NCBI GenBank assembly: GCA_964658305.1
Contig: OZ210885.1
Span: 13,764,001 to 13,828,000, forward strand
DNA from: Leptogorgia sarmentosa
Taxonomy: Eukaryota
Length of the DNA: 64,000 nucleotides
Direction of reading: 5' to 3'
Part shown: positions 1-11,600 of the stretch, piece after piece
How positions within the stretch are numbered: position 1 is the first letter of the stretch
How the letters are laid out: every line of letters starts with the position of its first letter
The notes under the pieces: model-generated
The model's database searches: none
What the model was told of the DNA's origin: nothing
What the model saw: the letters and a program-made list of their open reading frames with translations, nothing else
Position numbers and translations under genes: made by a program

Positions 1-1229
1 CTATAGCCACTCTGCTTTTTCAAGTTACCATGTCCATAAAGTCCATTGTGTTATCGGAACAATCGTGTACGTTTAGTATTGAACTGAGGTTTATCGTTCA
101 CCAATATGTCCCAAGAGTAAAATGCATACTATGCCGTGTTTGGTACCAAAATGTGGAGCGAGAAAGAATTTTTCCCGAGGTGCAGCCTTTTCCTATAGAT
201 ATGCCGTGAGTCCGAGACTCTATTCATCAGCAAACGCGCATTGCCAAGAAGCAACGCGTGAAAATTTAAATTCAGAATGGCTGAGACTGCTCACGAGGAG
301 AGATGCGTATTGAAAAAAGTCGGATGATTTAGATGGTTTCGACAGTTGGACTATGTTTCTCAGTACCAGCTGTTTTTGGCATTTTGATTTTGATGAGAAA
401 ACGCTGAGGGATATCGGGGGGTATTGATGAATTCTGAGGACATTGATCGTACAGCCGCTGGGAAGATTGCGCGGGCTGAAATATCCGCGAATTCTGGCTA
501 TGGTGCGGACTATAACAATAGCGTTATATATCAAAATAAGGATATTGTGGTAAAGAAACGGTTAGCCAGCAGTAATTCACGCTGTTACCTTTTGCCAAAT
601 AGTTTCAGTTTTATTTTTCCAAGACAACTGCACGTCAATTGTTAACCGGATTGTTTTGCATTCATAAACTTGTTTGAGATGTTTATATTCAATGAAAATA
701 ATGTCATGGAATAAGAAATACTTCTTAATATAGGTTTGGAGCCAATTTATATAAAATCTGTACTAATAGTCCATCTTGTCTATATATAAAATTTTATATA
801 CTTGGTTTTGTCGTGAATTATTGCATGCCGAGCAGGTTCAGACAAATACACTCTGTTACACCCAGATCTTTAACAATTGGGACAAATTACATACAATTAC
901 GTTTTTTCTTTTTTTCCAAGATCGCATTGTTTTCAGTAGCAGATCGTCATCATGCAGTTTTACGAACAATGCAGTTTTAGGATTAAGGTATAAGTTGTGC
1001 GATAATGGAAATCGTAGATGGTCAAACTCATCACTGACAGTCGAATGGATAATTTATTTTTGACTGGATCCCGCATTTTTAACAGCAGGATGACCCAGGA
1101 AATACAATATTGGCGTCAAAAATGACTGGAACTACAGAATTGGGGCTCGTAGTTGGGGTCCTTTATAGCACTTCCAAACAGTGAGATAACTGAACTAATC
1201 TTGATAAGGTCAAAATTAAATATACATAA

Positions 1230-1752
1230 CATACATTATTATATGGCAAGTGTTCTGAGCGGTCTGTCTGCTAAAATACAGCATCCTGATTGGTTCCTGA
1301 GCGGTCGGTAACCTGCAGTACGGACCGCTCGCGTTTAGCGACGTCGGTTGTTTATTGAATCAAGCGACAACGAAGACGAAATAAGTTAAAAACATGTTTG
1401 AACATTCTGTTCTTTTTTTGTTTCAACATTTTGTTCTTTTTTTGGTAGCCAATAACATTTTAGAGAACAATTTTTAGCGAACTTCTTCAGCTGTTCTTAT
1501 ATTAATTAGCCGTTTACCGGCTTTGTTCATAGTATTGAATTGTTGTAAACGAGTTTTGTTTATTTTTTGCCATATAATAAATAGCTTATTGACTGAGTTT
1601 GTTCGATCCGCACTGGAGGATACTGCACGGTCTCGTTCTTTTCTCGCTTGTTTATGGACCTCGCCTTCGGCTCGGTCCATAAACAAGCGCGAAAAGAACT
1701 CGACCGTGCAGTATCCTCCAGTACGGACCTCACACTCAGTCAATAACATATA
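1230..1752. mobile_element. Small non-autonomous element with a long terminal hairpin (Crypton-like, tentative)
   Basis: CTGATTGG-containing left part and a 160-bp imperfect palindrome at 1586-1746 ending AATAACATATA. Related structures at 2748-3192 and 4736-4880. Confidence 0.4.
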
Positions 1753-2196
1753 TGTATAATGCAAATAAATTGAAAAGGATGACGGGAAAAATTCTTGATC
1801 AGCTAAAAATGCATTGAGATTTACATTCACCGCAGCAACGATGTGCTGCAAATCCTATAGGATTTCTATATACCACAGCAATCTTGTAGTTTTGGTATTC
1901 TTTCTCTACATGCAACACGACCTAAATAATGCATATCAGCTTGTAGATACTCGCGATGAAACCGTTTTCATTGTATTGTTCGTAATCAGAAAATAGCATG
2001 TGAAGCCATAACAATTTCTTAAATCGAATCCAATAGTAATTTGAATGCACTGTTTTTTTCGGAGAAATATATTGTCAACTAAAACGGATATTTCACAAAC
2101 ATAAATTTTGCGTGTATAAAGATAGTACAATACCCTGTAGTCGCATCAATGACTTAGCAGTATTCAGAAGTTTCAAATATTCCTTCATTTACCCAC

Positions 2197-2605
2197 CTGC
2201 ATTATGCTCGACCAAACTATTTGTTGACAGTTTCCCGTGGAAAAACACATTATTCTGAAGCGAACCAAATAATACTATTTTACCGTCGGGTGATATTACT
2301 GGTGGGACGCTCGACCCTTGACGAACAGTCGATACTTGTAGTGAGTCGAGATTGATTTCACAAGTATGCATATCCCGGCTGCATGTGTAAATCATGTTGC
2401 GATCGCATGCTAATTCCTCTGTGTAGGACGCGGGTAAAATGACTTCTTTCAAAAACGCATCAGGCTTTTGCCAGTCCCTGATGAACACATGGTTATCTTT
2501 GCATCCAATTATAACTTGCAACCCATCAGAACTAAAGCGAACAATCTCAGGTGTGCCATCGCTATCAATTTCATTGATCACACTGCCATCAGACAAATTC
2601 CACAC
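2197..2605 (-). CDS. Exon: WD40 repeats
   Basis: TTTTCAAG acceptor. VWNLSDG...VRFSSDGLQVIIGCKDNHVFIRDW...ISPDGKIVLFGS. Possible donor G/GTGGGT. Confidence 0.82.
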
Positions 2606-5600
2606 CTTGAAAATAAAAGGAAACGTTTTTCTGTGTGATACGCAAGGAACGCTTTAAACTTGTGACTACATTGATTTTAGCAAAACTAATTATGAATATA
2701 ATAACTAACACGCACATGAATGACTTTGTAAATAGGTTTAATTAGTTTTATTATATACACAAGCGCTGGATATGAGCTATTCTGCAATCTGATTGGCTCC
2801 CTACTAGCAGGATATTAGCTCATATCCTGCTAGTACAGAAATGTAAACAAAATGGCTGAATGAGCGAAGCCGGAATTGAAGTTTTCAACAGTTAAAAACG
2901 TCTTTGCGATCGATTAAAAGAATGAAATTCAAGAAGTTTAGTGAGTAAATGCTAATTGTGCAGTTTTGAATCTGGAAAACCGGACTCGACGCTATAAAAT
3001 TCATCGCTTGATTGAGTTGGATCGCTTGTTGCTGTTTGTTGACATTTTACAACGGTAAAATTTGTATTACTGTACTTTCAAATGCAGAAAAATACAGACG
3101 AAAACTGCTGAAATTTAAAACTAGCTATAGTTTAAACGCTAAACGACTATCAGCGCATATACGACTCGAGTTCGCAGAATAACTGTTAAATATTATGCGT
3201 GCTACTTAAAGCGATTATAAACCGGAAGTTATGCAGTTTTTAAGGATTGGGATAGCAATTTAGGCTATCAACAAATTAGTTAATACGTTCTAGAATAGGT
3301 TTTACGTTTTAATTTTCGAGATATACGTATTAAGAACAGACCTAGAATATGACTGGACAAAGCTTCGGAATTGCATAAATGAACAAAATGTGCCCATATT
3401 GGTGACACCATCTAAAATCCACTGTGGTGCTTTTGAAGTTCCTGCAGTTTTAGGTTATTACTTGAAATATTTATTAAACATTGCCTGAATAAATTTCCTC
3501 CAAAAATTGTGTCTTTTTCCTTTTAAATTTGCCCGTGAATAACTACTGAGGTCACACGAAGATGTACGCTGTGTGATTCTTTACAAAGCTGTTAAAACGT
3601 TCTAGAAAGCACTAGAAAAGTTATGACCAGCTCTGTGTATGTCTTAAAGTGCAAAAGACATTTTCTTTATAATCCGACCATGAATGTTGCGATTTACGGA
3701 AACTGCGATCAATGTCACTCATTTTATAATCTTATCTCATTAGAAATTTTCTAACTTCAAAATTCCAGACTGAAATCACTGAATCCAAAAGGATGATAAA
3801 TCCGGTAGTACGAGATCAGTGGATATAAAGGCTGGAAAGCACATTACTCTCAGTAACACAATCTTTGTAATGATTTTGTTCAATTTATGTGTTCATACTT
3901 TATTTATGCATTCAACAGTTTAACTGCATGTATACAACCTCGTGAATAAAGCTACTGCAGAAAGTTTGACTGGTTTGCTTGAGTTCAGGAGTCTATTGGA
4001 GTGTTAGTTAGACTAATAATGGAACGGCCATGGAACGGTGGCTAATTGTGGAAAAGTCAGATAGGGCTAGATACTTGTTAGCAAATATTTCAACCGTTGT
4101 TAAAATGCTCGGGAAGGTATAAAATCGCAGATACGGAGCAGGCAATTGATAAAAAAGATTATTTTTTTGTAAATCAGCAGCGGGCGGAATCCTAGCGTTT
4201 TCTGCAATGATATCTTGACCACGGTCCGGAATCCTAAATCCGTAATGGCCGAAGCAAATAAAATATCCTTTGCATGTTTGTTTTAATGGCAAAAAAATGC
4301 AATATATATCGAAAATCTGCAGTTTATCCTGACTTAAATTCATCCTTTTTAATAAAATACTATGACCAGTTGATTTACATAAGTTTAAAGTTAATTTCAC
4401 TTCTATATTTTTATAAATAATTTTTAGTACGAAGAAACATTTTCGGCGAAATATTTCGGTGTCGTATTAAAGCATATTTAACCGTGTTTTTATCGTGTAA
4501 TGTAAAAGAAGATAAATAATTTCAATAAATTTACCTTTTTGATTGTCATGTTGAGTGAAAAGGCAGCAATTGTACTAAAACTGAAGGGTTTTTTTCACTT
4601 CGTCTTGGCTGTTTAGCAGCAATACTTGCGATAGAGTAACAAAGTAAACAAACACAACTGATCTCAAATCTAGTTCGCTACACTGGAATTTCTTATGAGT
4701 TTGATCATAGCATTGCGCAGCAAAAAAATAAATCCGTTATTTACCGTTTAGGTCGGTCCGGATAGAAAAATATTTTGTCTCGGTCTCAAAAACGTCCCTC
4801 GGCCTTCGGCCTCGGGCCGTTTTTGAGACCTCGACAAAATATTTTTCTATCCGGACCTCCCAGCCGGTAAATAACATATATATATTCAACTTCAAAATAT
4901 TTAAGTTTTATTCGCGTCAGAGTTTTAACGGGTTGTTTTAGGAAATTCAACTAAGAGCAACAGTCTTGCTCACTACCTAAACGATAGAAACAGATTTAAC
5001 GTTTCGATGAAACGTCCTTCCTCAGGAATTGGTGTGTTCACTAATGTAGTTATTCAGTGCATGGCGCAATCTTATATGTGAACAACCATCTCGTTACAGG
5101 AACGTTATAAATTGTTACTGCATGAGACCTCCTCCACTGCACGAGCGGGGGGAGTTTTAATATGATTTCTTTCACCAGTTGACAAGTATTACTATTTATG
5201 CATGCGTTGTCCACAATGAATTTTTCCACGATTCTTGCCCCATCTAGTCATCGATTATATACAGGATTATATCGAGCCTCATATTAATTGGACTATATCA
5301 AACGTCAATTATACATATCTATATAGGTACAGATCTTCACTGCAAAAAATCCATTTCTGGATATGAGTAAAATGACTCAAAAATTGAGTCAGGATGCTCA
5401 CGTTTTGAGTGAATTGAAATTGTTACTCAGATAGGTGAGTAAAAATACTCGCATCTGAGAGTAAGCACTATTTGCGAGTAATTTTACTCAATCATGCGAG
5501 TAATACAATACTCACTATATTGAGTAAAAATTCATCTTGAGTCATTTTAACCAACAACATGAGTAAATTGACTCAAAAGGATGAATATTTACTCAACCGC

Positions 5601-8600
5601 AAAAACAATACTCAAAAATTTGAGTAATTTGAACTATATAACTCAAAAGTTGTGTAAAGTCAACAAAATGTCAAAACAAGTTACTCACAGATATCCACGA
5701 CATGAGTAACTTTACTCACAGCTACTCATGACATGAGTAACTTTACTCACAGCTACCATGACATGAGTAAGTTCACTCACAGCTACGCATGACATGAGTA
5801 ACTTTACTCACAGCTACTCATGACATGAGTAACTTTACTCACAGCTACCATGACATGAGTAACTTTACTCACAGCTGCGCATGACATGAGTAACTTTACT
5901 CACAGCTACTCATGACATGAGTAACTTTACTCACAGCTACCATGACATGAGTAACTTTACTCACAGCTACGCATGACATGAGTAACTCTACTCGCAACTA
6001 CCATGACATGAGTAACTTTACTCACAGCTACGCATGACATGAGTAACTTTACTCGCAACTACCATGACATGAGTAACTTTACTCACAGCTACTCATGACA
6101 TGAGTAAGTTCACTCACAGCTACCATGACATGAGTAACTTTACTCACAGCTGCGCATGACATGAGTAACTTTACTCACAGCTACGCATGACATGAGTAAC
6201 TCTACTCGCAACTACCATGACATGAGTAACTTTACTCACAGCTACGCATGACATGAGTAACTTTACTCGCAACTACCATGACATGAGTAACTTTACTCAC
6301 AGCTACGCATGACATGAGTAACTTTACTCGCAACTACCATGACATGAGTAACTTTACTCACAGCTACTCATGACATGAGTAACTTTACTCACAGCTACGC
6401 ATGACATGAGTAACTTTACTCGCAACTACCATGACATGAGTAACTTTACTCACAGCTACGCATGACATGAGTAACTTTACTCGCAACTACCATGACATGA
6501 GTAACTTTACTCACAGCTACTCGTGACATGAGTAACTTTACTCACAGCTACGCATGACATGAGTAACTTTACTCGCAACTACCATGACATGAGTAACTTT
6601 ACTCACAGCTGCGCATGACATGAGTAACTTTACTCACAGCTACGCATGACATGAGTAACTCTACTCGCAACTACCATGACATGAGTAACTTTACTCACAG
6701 CTACGCATGACATGAGTAACTTTACTCGCAACTACCATGACATGAGTAACTTTACTCACAGCTACGCATGACATGAGTAACTTTACTCGCAACTACCATG
6801 ACATGAGTAACTTTACTCACAGCTACTCATGACATGAGTAACTTTACTCACAGCTACGCATGACATGAGTAACTTTACTCGCAACTACCATGACATGAGT
6901 AACTTTACTCACAGCTACGCATGACATGAGTAACTTTACTCGCAACTACCATGACATGAGTAACTTTACTCACAGCTACTCATGACATGAGTAACTTTAC
7001 TCACAGCTACGCATGACATGAGTAACTTTACTCGCAACTACCATGACATGAGTAACTTTACTCACAGCTACTTATGATATGAAGATTGTCATCGTTGCAT
7101 ATACGTAAAAATTTGCATAACTGCCAACATGAACCAATCAGTGAGTCCCAAAGGGATACCGTTGAGTCACATAATTGTCTATTCGGCACCTGGAATCCTA
7201 CACGTGTATCCTGCTTCGTGTTCAGAGCAAAGTTTCTTGTGGTCGAAGACCCGCTTATACTACCGAAAGTTAAGCTTTTTTAAATCTCGCTATTATGGAG
7301 CAAGTCCAGGAATGTTTGAAGAAAAATGGTTTTGAAGAATATCGTGACAGATTCCTTGGTAAGTTATTGTGGAATAATGTATTAATGCGCTACTTAAGGC
7401 GAAGCACATTTGTCTACATCAGCCGATTAACAGTGCCGAGTATTAATGTTTAAAGCCTAGTTATAGGTTTGTGTTTTTGAAATACCTTCTGCTTTGTTTA
7501 TTTGTGACAACGGAATCTGCAATTGTGACTGTGTGCCACCCGAAATACCGTATAAGCTAGCGGTATAATCAAAGGAGTTTGATGTCACTAAACACCATGA
7601 GCAGTGGTTGTTAGTAATCTCTCAACTAGCTGATGCTATAAATAATAAATTATCTGCATCAGAAAGAAATTCTTCATAATGACATAAAGTGCGACAACAT
7701 ATTATTTGTAATTTGCTCGCGTTTGTGTTGTCCAATACTTATTGACTTTGATAAGGCATGTCTTATCAATAAAGAAAAGAAGAAAACTGATATAGGCTAC
7801 ATGCACTGGTATAATATGCATGTGCTTAATAATTTTATTGTACTTGACCATGCAATTCAGGGATTAACTTAACATTCTGTAATAACAGTACATGCAAAGT
7901 AAACAGACAGTCCTGAAATAAATATCTTAGTATAGGAAATTTTACTTAAATGTTGTCATATCACATATGCATGTGATTTGTTGCAAACAACTCCGCATTC
8001 GTGATAAATCTACATCACTCAATCTCTGCACGTATTTTGCATTTTAGGAGGAATCCACGGTTGAGGAAACCGTCGAGGGTTATCGGAAAGATTACCATAG
8101 AATTTTTATCAAAGGTGACTGCCGAACACCCGAACGAGTTGTCATTGCGGCAGAACGCACAGTGTTGTTCTCGGTGGAAGGTGTGGAATCGTCAAAGCAA
8201 CTTTAGCACTGCTGGAAACGTATTACGTATTTATGTTTGAGTATCCTCAAATATTGAACAACTTTTATTTATATTTGCAAAAATGCGTTTTAAATATTAT
8301 ACAGGATGGGGAAAAACTTCCTGCAGCAATTGTAAATTTTGTTAACGATTTGGATTAAAGGATTTTGAGGAGTCAGAATTACTCATAAATTTGAGTCAAT
8401 TTTCATTTTACTCAGGATGTTGAGTCACTGTGGGTACATTTTGAGTGAGTCAATTTTACTCAACATTATGAGTCAGAATTACTCATAAATTTGAGTCAGT
8501 TTTCATTTTACTCAGGATGTTGAGTCACTGTGGGTGCATTTTGCGTGAGTCAATCTCACTCAACATTTTGAGTAAATTTACTCTTAAGTTTGAGTAAATT

Positions 8601-11600
8601 GTAGTTTTACTCAGGATGTTGAGTCACTGTGGGTGCATTTTGCGTGAGTCAATCTCACTCAACATTTTGAGTAAATTTACTCTTAAGTTTGAGTAAATTG
8701 TAGTTTTACTCAGGATGTTGAGTCACTGTGGGTGCATTTTGCGTGAGTCAATTTTACTCAACATTTTGAGTGAGAATTACTCATAAATTTGAGTCAATTT
8801 TCATTTTACTCAGGATGTTGAGTCACTGTGGGTGCATTTTGCGTGAGTCAATTTTACTCAACATTTTGAGTCAGAATTACTCATAAGTTTGAGTAAATTG
8901 TAGTTTTACTCAAGATGTTGAGTCACTGTGGTTGCATCTTACTTGAGTCAATTTTACTCAACATTTTGAGTAAAATTACTCATAAGTTTGAGTAAATTGT
9001 AGTTTTACTCAAGATGTTGAGTCACTGTGGGTGCATTCTGCGTGAGTCAATTTTACTCAACATTTTGAGTAAAATTACTCCTAATTTTGAGTAAATTGTA
9101 GTTTTACTCAAGATGTTGAGTCACTGTGGGTGCATCTTACTTGAGTCAATTTTACTCAACATTTTGAGTACAAGTACTCTTATTTTGAGTAAATTTTACT
9201 CAACAACTTGGGTCACTGTGGGTGCATCGTTTTACTCAGAAATTTGAGTCAAAATACTCAGGGATTTTTTGCAGTGTTGAACAATATATATCATGTGTCG
9301 CATCACCAAAATGCAAACTCGTACATGACAGAACTTCAGCATTCAGTAAGTTGTTGCTGGGTCTTCCAGCAAGGCAAAATAGATAGTACTGTAAGTGTGT
9401 TTCCCGTATAGATGACAAATTGCATGGTGGGGATTTTAGTAATGGGGGTATTTTACGATCGGGTTAATCTGCTTCCAGATTATCTAACTACATAAAATAC
9501 AAATAAAAGTTGTATTTATAGTACTCAGTTGTGTTGGTAGTGGCTTTATTAACAGGCAGCAAAGAGTCTACTCACTACCTAAATTATATAAACAGATTTT
9601 ACGTTTCGAGCAAAGGCCCTTCGGAGGGATCGAATAGTGTGTTACACTAATTCCCGACGAGGCCCTTTTGCGGGAAACGTCAAATCCATTTGTATATCCC
9701 TTATAGGTATTGAGTAGACCTTTATTTGTTGTTGATGTTGCCATCTGCTACCTACACTGGTCACATATTCATACTTCAATTATTATCTATCGTGGGTTAT
9801 GAGTACGTTGACCTGAAACCGTCATCATATAGGTCTGAATGAAGTTGATGTATAGTTTGTCTTAAATCTTGCATGATAATCCATTCCATAACACATGGTA
9901 AGTTAGTAACTTACTGAATCTGTCGAAATTTAAAGCTGTTTATGAAATTGAAAGGCAATGCTTCAATGCTCGTACTCAAAAACTCTTTTATTCCGTCCTC
10001 TGTTGAACGTTTTAATAACTTTTAGTACTAACGCTTAGTTTTAATCAACAGTTTTTTAGAATTTTTAGTTTTTAACATTTTTACCATATACTCTGATATT
10101 TTATATGTAATAGGTAACCATGCTGTTATGCCTATGGATGTATTTCAATCTTTAAGATTCCAAAATCCAAGGTCATTATTAATAATAATAATAATAATAA
10201 TCCATATATACTGATATACAATTTTACTAGACTATTTTTAATATTAAAATATAACCTACTTCAAACGGACATTCTTATGCTTTCTTACTATATATTATAT
10301 GTAAATGTACATTTCTTTCGGTTCTGGTTTAAGATATGTCAGTACGAAGTCCTGGAATGGATTAAATGTGAAGTTACAGGTTTCAAAACAAAGCGCAAAA
10401 CGCGGATGTCGTGCAGTTTAAGCCAGAGTTTCCAGTTTAAAAACACATCTGATATAGGCATATAGCAACAGAAAATCAAAGTTATAGACTTTTAGTTTAT
10501 GCCAGTCAACCGAAATCTGCGTATTACATATACTGACACTTGCACGCTGACGATTTCCTCTTTGTTTTCTTCATGAATTATTAATGCGTTTCACATTTCA
10601 CAAGTATATGTACCCATGGTTTGTAAAAAATCGGTATAAATTCCTAATAATGAATACGCCGAGTCCAAACGTGGAACAGACAATTCAAAACATTTCTTGT
10701 GTTTGGATGTTTCTATTGTTTTGTATTTTTATATGCACAGTATGACTAGTATAGGCTTGTGTACTACACCTTTATCGAGGACTCCGTCGAGACCTGGAAG
10801 ATATTCCCATCCTTTGACAGCGACACGACATAGCGATCATCAGCAGAGACTGCAACAAGTTTTGCCCGTTCAAGGTCACCTATTAATGAGGAAGGAAAAA
10901 ATAATCAATTCAGAAATTAAAGTAAACATTAAAAGGATATTTTCTGTAACAGTCACAAATGATCTGGTTGGACGCGTTATTAAAATTAATGCAGAAATCT
11001 TTGCAATTTAAGGATTTATATACAATGAAAAGAAAAATCTTGGAGAGTGCATTAAATACTGTATCTAATATGGCTGGATACTTTAACAAGCAGCAAAAGT
11101 TCTACTCACCAACTGAACGATATAGGCAGTGAATTTGTTTTCTAACGTTTATGAAATTGAAAGGCAATGCTTCAATGCTCGTACTCAAAAACTCTTTTAT
11201 TCCGTCCTCTGTTGAACGTTTTAATAACTTTTAGTACTAACGCTTAGTTTTAATCAACAGTTTTTTAGAATTTTTAGACCGAGATCGTCCGCAACCTATT
11301 TACGAGAAAGCTGGCCCAAATAGACAATTTGAACTATACCTGTGAAAGAAAAGCACTGTGTGTGAAGATTCCAAACTTTGAAAGTTCCATCTGTAGATGT
11401 GGAAACACATCTGGAGTCACCACGAGTGATTGTAATATCTGTGACGTCATTTGAATGATCAGAGAAACTGTTTTGTTCCATGTACGCAGCAGTTCCCAGG
11501 TTCCAAACCCTGATACTTCCATCCCATGACGCTGTCAATACCTTCTTTTCTTTGGGAATTATTGCAACACCGCTGAAATATTACAAGTTGATTGTTTATT

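Larger units (their letters stand above)
5338..9276 (+). mobile_element. Non-autonomous CACTG (EnSpm/CMC-type) DNA transposon
   Basis: 15-bp TIR CACTGCAAAAAATCC at 5338 and GGATTTTTTGCAGTG ending at 9276. 2-bp TSD TT. Dense subterminal TGAGT(A/C)A and TTACTCA repeats. Confidence 0.85.

Noticed and set aside
105..540. THAP-domain transposon gene
   Set aside because: Only faint similarity (YAVFG, WLRLLTRRD) with stops and frameshifts, too degraded to call.
1799..1854. Terminal exon GFAAHRCCGECKSQCIFS-stop of the receptor gene
   Set aside because: The phase fits, but the pyrimidine tract is poor and the peptide is not WD40-like. Left as an unconfirmed candidate.
5696..7071. CRISPR array (30-bp palindromic repeats)
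   Set aside because: The units are head to tail with no unique spacers, there are no cas genes, and the array sits inside a TIR transposon in a eukaryotic intron.
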